Counted from the first letter of the stretch, positions 42,043-52,396 are shown. The stretch is 64,000 nt of DNA from Gemmatimonadota bacterium (GCA_020348925.1 CP070758.1:4587775-4651774), one strand, 5' to 3'. Translations and numbers: made by a program. Notes: generated from the sequence alone by a model not told the origin.

Positions 42043-42996
42043 GTGAACATACTTATAGCATACAAGCATAAAATACCGGTCGAAAAATACGGAGGGACCC
42101 AAAGGATCATTTGGTGGTTGGGCAAAGCGTTGGTGAACCTGGGTCACAAAGTGACGTATCTCGTTAAAAAGGGATCACACTGCCCTTTCGCAGACGTCAT
42201 TCCTTTTGATATGAAAAAACCTTTGAAAGCCCAAATTCCTGAATATATTGACCTTGTCCATTTTCACTATAAAGTAAATGCTCCCAACATCGATATCCCT
42301 TTCGTGGCGACCATTCACGGAAACGCCGGACCAGGATCGATTTTTCATGAAAACTCCATTTTTCTCTCACACAGACACGCCTCCAATCACAATTCGGATG
42401 TGTATGTCTACAACGGCATTGATACGGAAGATTATGGCAACGTCTTGCTTGACAATAAAAGGGAACATCTCCTTTTTCTTGGAAAAATTTCACGAAAAAG
42501 TAAAAACCTCAAAGGATGCATTAAAATCGCACAAAAGGCAAACATGAAGCTGGCGATAGTAGGGGGACATGGCCTCTCTTTTGACAGACGAATACAGTAC
42601 AAAGGGTATTTGGGCGGCGAAAAAAAGAAGAGAGTGATCCAACAATCGCTGGCCCTCCTCTTTCCGATACTCTGGGAGGAGCCTTTCGGGCTCGCCATAA
42701 TTGAGAGTCTCTATTTCGGAAGTCCCGTTCTTGGAACACCGTACGGTTCTCTGCCTGAACTCATTCACAGCGAAGTCGGTTTTCTCTCAAACAGGGTCGC
42801 CGAACTCGTCAAAGTCCTGAAAAATCTTGACCAATTCGACCGCAAAAAGTGTCACGAATATGTCTGCGACTCTTTCAGCGCAACCGTCATGGCTCAGAAT
42901 TATGTGAAGCTCTATGAAAGGGTCGGTTCCGGCGAAAAACTGCACAGTAAAAAACCAGTGAAACGCGATATTCGTGTTGCATACGAAATGAAATAG
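42043..42996 (+). CDS. GT4 glycosyltransferase
   Basis: YGGTQR, TIHGN, VYNGID, WEEPFGLAIIESL, GSLPEL. Confidence 0.9.
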   Translation: MNILIAYKHKIPVEKYGGTQRIIWWLGKALVNLGHKVTYLVKKGSHCPFADVIPFDMKKPLKAQIPEYIDLVHFHYKVNAPNIDIPFVATIHGNAGPGSIFHENSIFLSHRHASNHNSDVYVYNGIDTEDYGNVLLDNKREHLLFLGKISRKSKNLKGCIKIAQKANMKLAIVGGHGLSFDRRIQYKGYLGGEKKKRVIQQSLALLFPILWEEPFGLAIIESLYFGSPVLGTPYGSLPELIHSEVGFLSNRVAELVKVLKNLDQFDRKKCHEYVCDSFSATVMAQNYVKLYERVGSGEKLHSKKPVKRDIRVAYEMK

Positions 42997-43101
42997 GAAC
43001 GGCCTCACAACACGGTATATGCATCTCGATGCGCATCTTGGGGTAGCGTCTGTCACACAAGACGCTGTTTCTCATCATCTTTTCAAAGAGATGTCAAGGC
43101 A

Positions 43102-44610
43102 ATGATTTTAAAAAGTGATCTCCCGGACGCTACGTTTATCATTTCCTCAGGCCCTAATGCTTTGAGCACGTCTGGACTCCCGTCGGTCTTTTTGGGATAC
43201 AAGGCTCTCTCTGCAGACGGCGTCGCAAAAGAGGGCATCTGGGCAGAGTGGACCTGGAACGGCAAAGAGTTTCAACTTACGAATGACAGGTATGGTTTTT
43301 ATCCCCTCTTTTACTTTCGTACAAAAAATTCTTTCGGCACATCCACCTCGCTCTATCACTTGTTAAAACACGTCACCCCACCCAAGCTGAATGACGGGGC
43401 GATAGCGGTTTTTCTGAGGCTGGGCTTCTTTCTCAAGAATGATACTCCTTTTGAATCCATCCACGCCGTGCCGCCCGGATGTACGATCACCTGGCATGAT
43501 GACACGCTGAACATTCAAACCGATGATTACCCCTTCGTACCTGCCCCAAACGCATTATCGAAAAAGGCGGCTCTGAGAGCATACGGGGAACTATTTCAAG
43601 CCGGAATAGCGCGGATGCTGCCGAGTGCCTCCGACAAAGTGGGACTTCCTCTGAGCGGCGGTCGAGATTCACGGCATATTTTATTTGCTCTGCTGCGCTC
43701 AGGATATAAACCTGCTGAATGTCTTACCATGATGTATTTTCCACCGAGGCCGAATGACGACGCACGGGTCGCAGGCAAAATCGCCCAGGCGCTCGGACTG
43801 AAGCACACCCTTTTGAAACCCCCAAAATATCTGTTGAGCTACGAGATACGGAAGAATATCATCACCCACTTTACGACTGACGAGCACACCTGGTTATTGC
43901 CCCTGGCCGATTATGTGGAACAAGAGAATTTCACGCTGTTGTATGACGGAATAGGTGGGGGTGTCTTATCCGATGGCCGTTTTCTCAGCGAACATCGTCT
44001 GAAACTCTATGATTCGGGCAACTTCAATGCGTTGGCCCAGTCACTTCTGGGAGAGGAGAAACGGCTTTCGCACATTCTCTCAAAACAACTCCACCAAAGG
44101 TGGAACCGTGAATTGGCTGTAAATCATGTGGCATGTGAGCTCGCCAAATATGCCAACACCAACAATCCCATCGGGCAGTTCTTTTTTTGGAATAGAACGA
44201 GAAGGGAAATCGCACTCAGCCCTTGGAGTATTTTGGGAAGATGCGTTCACGTGCTGGCCCCGTTTCTGAATCACGATGTGTACGATTTGCTGACAACACT
44301 GCCTCTCAGCTATTTTCTCGATCACTCATTTCATACCGATACCATCAATTATCACTATCCAAAATATTCCAGCTTGCCGTACGCATCTCATAAGCTTTAC
44401 AATAACAGACTCCGCTGGAACGAATACGCTCTGTTACTGCGGGACCTTCGTTCGTTCTTTCTGACGCAGGAATCGGAGCACTCCTATGTTCGCCGCTCAT
44501 ATCTTATTTTAAGATTGCTGCAATCGCTCATCGACATCAAGTGCAGATCACGATTGCCTCGGAGTCTCGCTTACCCGATATATCTAAAGCAGTTAGAAAA
44601 TCTCATCTGA
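43102..44610 (+). CDS. asparagine synthase-related (AsnB-like) ATP-dependent amidoligase
   Basis: NDRYGFYPLFY, DTPFESIHAVPPG, LSGGRDSR (PP-loop), DGIGGG, APFLNHD. Confidence 0.82.
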   Translation: MILKSDLPDATFIISSGPNALSTSGLPSVFLGYKALSADGVAKEGIWAEWTWNGKEFQLTNDRYGFYPLFYFRTKNSFGTSTSLYHLLKHVTPPKLNDGAIAVFLRLGFFLKNDTPFESIHAVPPGCTITWHDDTLNIQTDDYPFVPAPNALSKKAALRAYGELFQAGIARMLPSASDKVGLPLSGGRDSRHILFALLRSGYKPAECLTMMYFPPRPNDDARVAGKIAQALGLKHTLLKPPKYLLSYEIRKNIITHFTTDEHTWLLPLADYVEQENFTLLYDGIGGGVLSDGRFLSEHRLKLYDSGNFNALAQSLLGEEKRLSHILSKQLHQRWNRELAVNHVACELAKYANTNNPIGQFFFWNRTRREIALSPWSILGRCVHVLAPFLNHDVYDLLTTLPLSYFLDHSFHTDTINYHYPKYSSLPYASHKLYNNRLRWNEYALLLRDLRSFFLTQESEHSYVRRSYLILRLLQSLIDIKCRSRLPRSLAYPIYLKQLENLI

Positions 44611-44617
44611 ATATTAT

Positions 44618-44839
44618 ATGGATATGATTCTTTTGAATCCTACAGGCATCGTATTTAAAAAAGGGCATCGCATTCGGGGTACAATCAGCAGCAGCGATTT
44701 CCCCATTTTCAATCGAAACCTGAACACAGGCCTGAATCCGTATACATCCGTCGACATGGCACAAGCCACGCAGACCATATACCATGACAGCGACTCTCCC
44801 TCACATATCGTGCTGCCTGTGATCCCAAGGGATGAGTAG
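44618..44839 (+). pseudogene. CocE/NonD hydrolase C-terminal fragment
   Basis: FKKGHRIR.TISSSDFP.FNRNLNTG...QTIYHD...PSHIVLPVIP is the CocE C-terminal consensus; no catalytic domain upstream. Confidence 0.75.
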
Positions 44840-45136
44840 TTGAAGCCGGGCTTTCAATCGGGCGCAACAGGGAGCGTCCGATTTCAAACAGGAGGTAGGA
44901 TACATGTGCGACATCATAGCAAGGAGAGCTGTATGATGCGCGGCAGAACGAAGCCCTGTCGCGAGTGCAGGCAGGGAACTCCTGAAAAGGCCATACATTG
45001 CACTCTCGCCGTGACGTTTTCGAAACCAAGGGATCGCTTCGCCGAGTGTCCCCTGAGCTCGTCGAAGGCTCGCACAAGCGGCCCTGAACGATCCTTCTTA
45101 CTGAAAAATGGGATACACTTCACACTGTAAAAACAC

Positions 45137-45925
45137 GTGCTTCAATATATCGAACTTATCTTGATCGGACTTGGAGTCGGGACCTACGCCTCCTTGGTGG
45201 GCGTCGGCGGTGGCATTGCACTCGTGCCGATTTTACTGCTCCTGTATCGACACACGCCCCAGAGTGCAACCGGGATCTCCCTGGCCGTCATCATCTTTAA
45301 TGCGGCCTCCGCTTCAATTACCTACGGCCGAAAAAAACGAATAGACTACCGGACCGGTCTCTATTTCGCCAGCGGCTCAATCCCGGGAGCAATCCTGGGA
45401 GCATCTGTGGTGGTGTACATACCGCAGCATATTTTCAGCAGTGTCTTCGGCCTAATTCTGATCTCTTTAGCCCTGTTCATACTCCTCGAACCTGAGAAGA
45501 GGTTGGAGAAAGAACCTCCGAACGGCAACAACGAACGTGAAAATGAACGTCTCCTTGTCCGACACCGGGGTCTGGGAATTCCCTGCGGGCTTTTCATTGG
45601 ATTCATAGCCTCATTGTTGGGCATCGGCGGTGGTATTATCTACGTGCCCGTTCTCATATATCTCCTCAACTTTACCGTACAGAGGGCTGTTGCCACGTCT
45701 CTCTTCATCATTGCCATTATGGCCCTTGGAGGAGCGGCAACACATCTTCTCAATGGTGTCTATGTCGGATATGTTCATGTCATCGGGCTCCTTGCCCTGG
45801 GGATTATTATTGGGGCTCAATGTGGGGCGAAGCTGTCGGATATCCTCAAAGCTCGGCTGATTATCCGGCTCTTTGCCCTGGCTTTGCTCGCTGCGGGTGT
45901 GAAATTGATCACGGAAATAGTGTAA
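45137..45925 (+). CDS. TauE/SafE family membrane protein
   Basis: Duplicated GVGGG / GIGGG motifs, ATGISL / AVATSL, about 8 TM helices. Confidence 0.88.
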   Translation: MLQYIELILIGLGVGTYASLVGVGGGIALVPILLLLYRHTPQSATGISLAVIIFNAASASITYGRKKRIDYRTGLYFASGSIPGAILGASVVVYIPQHIFSSVFGLILISLALFILLEPEKRLEKEPPNGNNERENERLLVRHRGLGIPCGLFIGFIASLLGIGGGIIYVPVLIYLLNFTVQRAVATSLFIIAIMALGGAATHLLNGVYVGYVHVIGLLALGIIIGAQCGAKLSDILKARLIIRLFALALLAAGVKLITEIV

Positions 45926-45958
45926 TGCCGATCCTTTTCCATAACCAAGGGACGCACA

Positions 45959-48796
45959 GTGGCTCCTTATCGTAAAACCCTTTTTCTGTTCTTTTTCATC
46001 TCCGGAATGTGCGGCTTGATCTACGAAGTCGTCTGGATGCGGATGTTGACCGTCGTTTTCGGCAACACGGTTTTTGCCACGTCAACGGTATTGGCCGTCT
46101 TCATGGGAGGTTTGGCCCTCGGGAGCTTCTCTTTCGGACGGCTGATCGACAGACGCAGCAATGCTCTCAGAATCTATGCACTCCTGGAAATCGGCATCGG
46201 TCTCTACGCGCTGCTTCTACCGGTGCTGCTTCATCTTGTCACCCCGCTCTACATCTGGGTCTACCGATCCTTCGGAACAGGATATTACGTCTTGGGCCTC
46301 ATACGCTTCCTTGTCTCTTCTCTTCTCCTGCTCGTGCCCACGGCGTGTATGGGTGCCACCCTGCCTGTCCTGACCCGTTATTTCGTCTCATCTCGAAAAA
46401 GGGTCGGGAAGGACGTCGGCCTTCTCTACGGACTCAACACCTTCGGTGCCGTTCTCGGCTGCTTTGCCTCAGGTTTTATCCTGGTCGAACTTCTCGGCGT
46501 GAAACAGACGATATCCCTTGCCGCCCTGCTGAATATCACCCTCGGAGCCATCGCTCTGGTACTTCAAAAAGAACGGTCTGCGCAGGTTACTCAAAGGGTC
46601 GATGCAGAAGAAAAAGACGAGTCCGGCGAGTCCCTCATGCCGCGGACACAGGGACGTCTTGTACTGCTGTGCTTCGGTCTGTCAGGTTTTGCCGCATTGG
46701 CCTACGAAGTCCTGTGGATGCGCAGTCTCGTCTATGTCATGGCTACGGATACCTTCTCCTTCAGCGCCATGCTGACCACCTTTCTCTTGGGCCTGGCCGC
46801 GGGAAGTCTCATCAGCTCCAGGTTCGTCGATACGAGCGGGCGATGGGTCCTCCTCTTCGGATGGATTGAGGTCGCCATCGGTCTTTTGGCAGTGGCCACC
46901 ATTCCCCTCATGGCCTGGCTGATGACACTGAACGAAGGGATGTGGCGGGCAGGTGGCACTGAAGCCGGGTGGACCCTGCGGACGGAGATCTACTTTATCG
47001 ACACCCTCATCATCCTATTTCTTCCGGCCCTTTTGATGGGCATGACCTTTCCCCTGGTCAGCAAAATCTTCACACCGGATATCAGGCGCAGGGGTCGAAG
47101 TATCGGACAGGTGTATGCGGTCAATACCGTCGGAGCCATAGCCGGTTCCTTTACCGGCGGGTTCCTTCTCATCCCCCTTGTGGGGATCCAGCTCAGCATA
47201 GCCCTGCTGGCGACATTGAACGCTGCCATCGGAATCCTTCTCGTTCTGCTGGAGGGGGGGACGAAACTCAGAGTGATGAAAATTGTCCCAATCGCTGCCG
47301 CCCTGTCTGTTGTCTTTGTTCCCCTCGCTCTTCCCGGGGATATCATCCCCACCCTCTTCGCCGCCAAGAAGAAGGGCTTTGATCTGTTATTCTTCAAGGA
47401 AGGTGTGACGACGACAACAACCGTTCATAAGGATATCAACACGGGCGAGCGCCTTCTGGCCACCAACGGTATCAGTGTGGCCGGGACCGATTACATGCTC
47501 ATGACGACGCAACGGATACAGGGCCACATTCCGCTCTTTCTCCATAAACATCCTGAGACCGTTCTGACAGTCGGATTTGGCAGCGGTGAGACGTCATGGG
47601 TCATCACAACACACGGTGTTGAGAGAGTGGATTGTGTCGAGATCTCGCCGGAGGTGGTCGAGGCTGCTCGATTTTTCAGTGACATCAATCATAGCATTCT
47701 CGAAAATCATAAATTCACTCCCATCATCATGGACGGCAAAAACTACGTCCTCATGACCGATCAAACATACGATGTCATCATGAACGATTCCATCCACCCC
47801 GCACTCGCGGGCAACGGGAGCCTCTATGCCGTGGAGTATTTCTCGTCGTGCCGCGACCATCTCAATCCGGGCGGACTCATGTCCAGCTGGATCCCGCTCT
47901 TCGGATTGTCCGAGCGCGATTTCAAAATATTGCTGAAAACCTTTCAGGACGTCTTCCCCTTTACGACGCTCTGGTACGGGACGAATTGCCTCAATCGCCA
48001 CGCCCTGCTCATAGGATCCACAGATCCCGATTTTCTGATCGACCCCGATGTCATTTCAAAGCGGTTTTCCGATCCGATCATCCGGGCAAACCTGAGGGAG
48101 ATCGGAATCGGTAATATCTATGATGTTCTCGGCAGTTTTGTGATGGGGCCGGGAACCATCGCCGCGTATGTCGGTGATGTCCCGCTCAATACGGACAACA
48201 GACCCGTTCTCGAATTCTCCACGCCAAAAACTCCTGACAGTCCCGCTGTCTGGCGTCAAAAACTCCTGCTGTTCTCTCAACTGAGGGAGAGTGTTGTCCC
48301 ACTCTTAAAGACCGATGAGGAACGTTCTGCAGGGCACATCCATAACACGCTTGTCGACCATTTCGTTGCCACAGGGCACATCATTCAAGGTTGGATGAAA
48401 GATCTTGAGGGTAACAAAGAGGCAGCAGTTGGCAGCTTCCAGCAGGCCCGGACCTTAGATCCGGAGAATCAGGCGGCCTCGCGCTACGTGCGACAGTTCT
48501 ACGAGCCCATGCTCAACCCCTATCCCGTATCGGCCATGGAATGGATTAACAACGCCAAAATCTATTATCAAATCGGCGAGTACCGCACATCGATTGAGAA
48601 TTTTGAGAAAGCTTTGGAAAAAGACACGCAATCGGCTCTGGCGTATTTCGGCCTCGGCCAGAACCATGAAGCCCTGGCCGATACAACCAAAGCTGTGGAA
48701 ATGTACGAGAAAAGTCTCCAGCTCAATCCAAACGTCAAGATCGTCCAGGACCGCCTGAAAGCCCTCACCTCAAAAAAGAATGAATCCAAGCCATGA
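45959..48796 (+). CDS. fused MFS-like/spermidine-synthase-like protein with C-terminal TPR
   Basis: SGMCGLIYEVVWMR, MGATLP, LYGLNTFGA, VGFGSG, VEISPEV, DGKN, LNTDNRPVLEF; TPR tail. Confidence 0.88.
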   Translation: MAPYRKTLFLFFFISGMCGLIYEVVWMRMLTVVFGNTVFATSTVLAVFMGGLALGSFSFGRLIDRRSNALRIYALLEIGIGLYALLLPVLLHLVTPLYIWVYRSFGTGYYVLGLIRFLVSSLLLLVPTACMGATLPVLTRYFVSSRKRVGKDVGLLYGLNTFGAVLGCFASGFILVELLGVKQTISLAALLNITLGAIALVLQKERSAQVTQRVDAEEKDESGESLMPRTQGRLVLLCFGLSGFAALAYEVLWMRSLVYVMATDTFSFSAMLTTFLLGLAAGSLISSRFVDTSGRWVLLFGWIEVAIGLLAVATIPLMAWLMTLNEGMWRAGGTEAGWTLRTEIYFIDTLIILFLPALLMGMTFPLVSKIFTPDIRRRGRSIGQVYAVNTVGAIAGSFTGGFLLIPLVGIQLSIALLATLNAAIGILLVLLEGGTKLRVMKIVPIAAALSVVFVPLALPGDIIPTLFAAKKKGFDLLFFKEGVTTTTTVHKDINTGERLLATNGISVAGTDYMLMTTQRIQGHIPLFLHKHPETVLTVGFGSGETSWVITTHGVERVDCVEISPEVVEAARFFSDINHSILENHKFTPIIMDGKNYVLMTDQTYDVIMNDSIHPALAGNGSLYAVEYFSSCRDHLNPGGLMSSWIPLFGLSERDFKILLKTFQDVFPFTTLWYGTNCLNRHALLIGSTDPDFLIDPDVISKRFSDPIIRANLREIGIGNIYDVLGSFVMGPGTIAAYVGDVPLNTDNRPVLEFSTPKTPDSPAVWRQKLLLFSQLRESVVPLLKTDEERSAGHIHNTLVDHFVATGHIIQGWMKDLEGNKEAAVGSFQQARTLDPENQAASRYVRQFYEPMLNPYPVSAMEWINNAKIYYQIGEYRTSIENFEKALEKDTQSALAYFGLGQNHEALADTTKAVEMYEKSLQLNPNVKIVQDRLKALTSKKNESKP

Positions 48797-48853
48797 GAAT
48801 GCTTTTCTTGCTTTCAATAGTGTCAAGTGATTACCAGAGATTAATAATGGTAT

Positions 48854-49744
48854 TTATGATTTTCTTCCAGAACAGATATCAGCAAGTTGGTCTATTAGAT
48901 GTCTTTCTTCCCATTGTAAGTTTTCATAATGTACCAACGGCACAACTACTGGAATAAAAGCCAGATGATCGTATTCATCAATATCAAATGTCGCCACAAA
49001 CCAATATACCAGTAAAATCCAAATCAACCTTGAATCCGATATCCATGACCATGTGCCTTTGAATTTATTGTAGAAAGCGTCAGCAAAATTTCGTACTTGT
49101 TTGTACATCTGCCTTTCGTTTCCGAAACATTGGAGAGTATTTGCTAAATTTGAGTCACCATTTAATCCACCATCTGGATTTGTGATTCTTTCAAGACTTA
49201 ATGCAATAATACCTCGACATTCATCAGAATAATATTCATTTTTTAACTTTTGATAGGCTTTATTGATATTCCTTCCAATCTTTCCAGGGGATACAGGTCT
49301 CTTACATTCGATATGTATATTGTATTTGTCAATACGAATTTTCACATCTTCGTATCCTTTGACTTCAACTCCCCAATCACTGAAATAAGCCGCTAATTCA
49401 AGTTCAAAAAAATGGTTTCTCTCCAGTTGATCGCCTTCCTTGAGTACTGAAGGCATTCTGCAAGCTTGTCGGATCTTTCCAGCTATTTCTCCGGTTATAG
49501 ATCTATCTTTGAAGTATTGATATAAATCGACATAACAGTGACAATCATAAATGATCTCAAAATTTCTGACAACATCTTCTTTTGTTATTTTCTGATCTTT
49601 ACTCTCGATGACCCCTAAGATATAGTCCTTAACAGTGTTGAATCTCCTTCTATCACTTTTTCGTATACCGATCTCATCAAGCCATGACTCGCAATCACAT
49701 ATGTGTTTGTAAATGTCAGAATATGGGATTATTACACTGCTCAT
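48854..49744 (-). CDS. AT-rich hypothetical protein, possible PD-(D/E)XK nuclease fold
   Basis: FFELELAAYF...EDV...IECKRP motif; composition differs from neighbours. Confidence 0.55.
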   Translation of the reverse strand: MSSVIIPYSDIYKHICDCESWLDEIGIRKSDRRRFNTVKDYILGVIESKDQKITKEDVVRNFEIIYDCHCYVDLYQYFKDRSITGEIAGKIRQACRMPSVLKEGDQLERNHFFELELAAYFSDWGVEVKGYEDVKIRIDKYNIHIECKRPVSPGKIGRNINKAYQKLKNEYYSDECRGIIALSLERITNPDGGLNGDSNLANTLQCFGNERQMYKQVRNFADAFYNKFKGTWSWISDSRLIWILLVYWFVATFDIDEYDHLAFIPVVVPLVHYENLQWEERHLIDQLADICSGRKS

Positions 49745-49753
49745 AATGTGTTT

Positions 49754-49800
49754 TAAGGGACACTTTTTGCAATTGAATGGAGTGTATATGAATACAAATA
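49754..49800 (+). repeat. repeat family 1 (TAAGGGACACT element), truncated copy
   Basis: taagggacactttttgcaa..tggagtgtata..aatacaaata matches the left parts of 53984-54126 and 56139-56283. Confidence 0.75.
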
Positions 49801-49881
49801 GGTTACGTCATTCGGTTACGGTTACGTAACCCCGAGGCAAGCTCGGGACGGTCCTCTTTCTTTGAACGGTTACATCCCGCA

Positions 49882-49902
49882 TTCCCAAACTCTTTTTGGG
49901 AA
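49882..49902. repeat. REP-like palindrome TTCCCAAA..TTTGGGAA (copy 2)
   Basis: Related to 12097-12121. Confidence 0.55.
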
Positions 49903-50002
49903 CATATTTACCTTTAATCACTCGATAACAGGAAGGAAAAAGGCCGAATCACTTCGTTAAATTCGTTTTCAGATATCGCCTTCTCCTCAAGCATCACAGA
50001 AA

Positions 50003-51715
50003 TCAAGGTTCACAGGCACTCAGGCCGAGAATAACATTGACGATCCCCAAGGCGTCCACAATATTGATACTGCCATCATTATTACAGTCAGATGCCCAGG
50101 TCTCATGCTGGGATGGAGGATCACCGACATTCAATATAATATGAATGGCACGGAGCGCATCAAGAATATTCACTGTCCGATCATTATTCACATCACCCCG
50201 TATACCTGCCTGTGTGCTTTCGGGTTCGAACGTAATTTCAAAGTGCCCGCCTGTTCCGGCCGGGAGTGTCAGCACCCGGGATGCCGGATCGTACTGTGCA
50301 TACGTCTGCCCCTCGTGCAACACCTCGGAGACTCCTAATCTGTTATCCTCAATGGCAAGAGGGGTTAAGACGAGTTCTCTGTCGAATTGGAGTGCTTCAA
50401 AATTGTAATGAAGTGTCACCGGCTGATAGGTATAAAACAGATTTCCATAGAGGTACGTGTAGTAGCCTGTCTCAATAGAATGATAGCCAGCTTTTCCAGA
50501 ACTGCCCTTGGCTTCATTCCAGGCAAAACCGCCGGTCCGTGTTCTGTCCGCATAGACTTCCCCGTTCTCATGGTCCACAAAATATCTCGTGTAGAAACTG
50601 ATCGTCTCATCCGCCATTTGAAGATACCAGGATTCCTGCGTGATATCATAGAGTTCGAGGCCCGCCACAATCGCCTGCTCCATCTGCCACCACTCCTTGG
50701 CCGGCTCGCCCAATCCCCACAACAGCATCTGCCCGGTAACACGGTCATAATCCTTATACGGCCCGCCATAATCATGGTCGTATCCATTTTGCCACACATC
50801 GGCTATCAGTGTTTCGGAAGCTTCCACATAGCTTGTATCCGGAAACAATTGCTGAATGCGACCGAGACACCAGGCGGCTTTCAGAACATGTCCCATGATT
50901 GTCATCGTTTCACTCTCATTCCAATGCCACTCGGAATCGAACAATTCCACAAAACCTATTGCCTGCTGGGGCATGCTTGCCACCAGGTGCTGCTTCATTT
51001 CTTCGGCCAGTTCCCGTAACTTGAGCTGATAGACTTCATCCTCAGTCAACAGATACAGATAGAGCAGATGCGTCGTGATGGCATCCACAGTCGCGTTGAA
51101 ACTTTTGTGCCGTGGATACTGATTGTTATAAATATTCCTGTCATAATACCCAAGATAGGCAGAGCGGTCATCCCAATAATATTCTTCGAGATGCTCATAG
51201 CCTCTCATCAACCACTGCCATGCGGTTGTATCCCGCGTCGCGTCGTAGTAGGCCACAATGCCCAGGAGGGCGTAGTGCTGGTAGAAAGCTGTTTTGTCAC
51301 CGTACCGGTTCGTTGGATCGCCATTCGCATTCAAGTCCTGAAACCAACCTCCATACGTATCATCCCAGGCATGCTCATACATCCAGTCCAGAGTGTTTCG
51401 TGCGTAATCGAGATACGTCGTATTCCCGGTCAGCATATAGGCGCGGGCCAGACCGTATGCATTTCTGGATTGTGTCAGCATATTTTTGTTTGTGCCCCAG
51501 GATGTGATCACGTTACCGTATTTATCGATGTTGCTGAAAAATCCTCCCGATTGCTGATCCCAGGTCTGCAGCCAGAATTGGGCGCAGCTGTCCGTGTATC
51601 CTATGGCCAGCTCAGGATTCAGAAGATACGGAGAAGTGGGCACATACTGCGCTCTTGATGAAGAAAAAATAAGTGCTGTCATAAGAACAGCAGAAATGGT
51701 ACCTATGCTTTTCAT
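50003..51715 (-). CDS. secreted AGE/cellobiose-2-epimerase family protein with C-terminal dockerin-like domain
   Basis: QSRNAY, HAWDDTYGGW, GHVLKAAW, GYDHDYGG, KEWWQMEQ, KAGYH; GDVNNDRTVNILD..DCNNDGSINIVD; start moved to ATG 51715 (GGGAG RBS, signal peptide). Confidence 0.82.
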   Translation of the reverse strand: MKSIGTISAVLMTALIFSSSRAQYVPTSPYLLNPELAIGYTDSCAQFWLQTWDQQSGGFFSNIDKYGNVITSWGTNKNMLTQSRNAYGLARAYMLTGNTTYLDYARNTLDWMYEHAWDDTYGGWFQDLNANGDPTNRYGDKTAFYQHYALLGIVAYYDATRDTTAWQWLMRGYEHLEEYYWDDRSAYLGYYDRNIYNNQYPRHKSFNATVDAITTHLLYLYLLTEDEVYQLKLRELAEEMKQHLVASMPQQAIGFVELFDSEWHWNESETMTIMGHVLKAAWCLGRIQQLFPDTSYVEASETLIADVWQNGYDHDYGGPYKDYDRVTGQMLLWGLGEPAKEWWQMEQAIVAGLELYDITQESWYLQMADETISFYTRYFVDHENGEVYADRTRTGGFAWNEAKGSSGKAGYHSIETGYYTYLYGNLFYTYQPVTLHYNFEALQFDRELVLTPLAIEDNRLGVSEVLHEGQTYAQYDPASRVLTLPAGTGGHFEITFEPESTQAGIRGDVNNDRTVNILDALRAIHIILNVGDPPSQHETWASDCNNDGSINIVDALGIVNVILGLSACEP

Positions 51716-51810
51716 AACCGAACTCCCGGATATCATCGGTCCTCTTCCTTTATCCTGCTTCATTTCTATCGGAATAACGAATGCTCGTTTGTTCGAAAAT
51801 CCTTTTCCTT

Positions 51811-52371
51811 CTACTGGCGCTGCGAAGAGGGTGAACAGCACTCCGAATTCTCATGTGGTGATTTGACTGTTGGACAGCATGTGTCACGGGGTGCGCCGTG
51901 AAGCAACTGAGCGCCCGCCAGGAGTCCTGCTTTCACAATCAGTTGGGCAGGAATTGCTTCATAGGTCTTGCCATCAACTGTTAGGGTCCTGCATTCCGAA
52001 TCTCCGCACGCGGAACAACATTGGCTCTGGCCAGTTGTGGCCGAGAGCCACTCCTCGATCGGTTTTCCTTCAATCCAAATACGATTTGATTGGAGCGGAT
52101 CCTGGGAGAACGCTGAGGGACTGAGAACTGTCTTCTCCAGAACGACATCGATGTCCAGTTCCCTCAGGGAACGTTTGAGCTTATGGAACGCTTCCTCTAC
52201 GCTTCTTTCGGTAGTGCCACAGCGATCACATGTTTGGCCCTGTTCGTCCACAAGACGTTGCCACTGAATCTGAAGTACCTTACTCTTCTTTTCTCCGATC
52301 ATCTTGTTCATTTGGCCTGCGCAACTGACCAACAGTCCAAGGGAAATCAGCAAACCCAAACAGCGTCTCAT
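51811..52371 (-). CDS. DUF2703-like Cys-rich protein with lipoprotein-like signal
   Basis: WQRLV, TCDRCGTT, SNRIWIEGKPIEEWL, CCSACGDSECRT, YEAIP; LLVSC; GGAGG RBS. Confidence 0.75.
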   Translation of the reverse strand: MRRCLGLLISLGLLVSCAGQMNKMIGEKKSKVLQIQWQRLVDEQGQTCDRCGTTERSVEEAFHKLKRSLRELDIDVVLEKTVLSPSAFSQDPLQSNRIWIEGKPIEEWLSATTGQSQCCSACGDSECRTLTVDGKTYEAIPAQLIVKAGLLAGAQLLHGAPRDTCCPTVKSPHENSECCSPSSQRQ

Positions 52372-52396
52372 TTTTTTCCTCCTATCTTCAAGTCTT

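Noticed and set aside
43102-44610. Lasso-peptide cyclase
   Set aside because: No precursor, B protein or RRE nearby; the context is glycan biosynthesis
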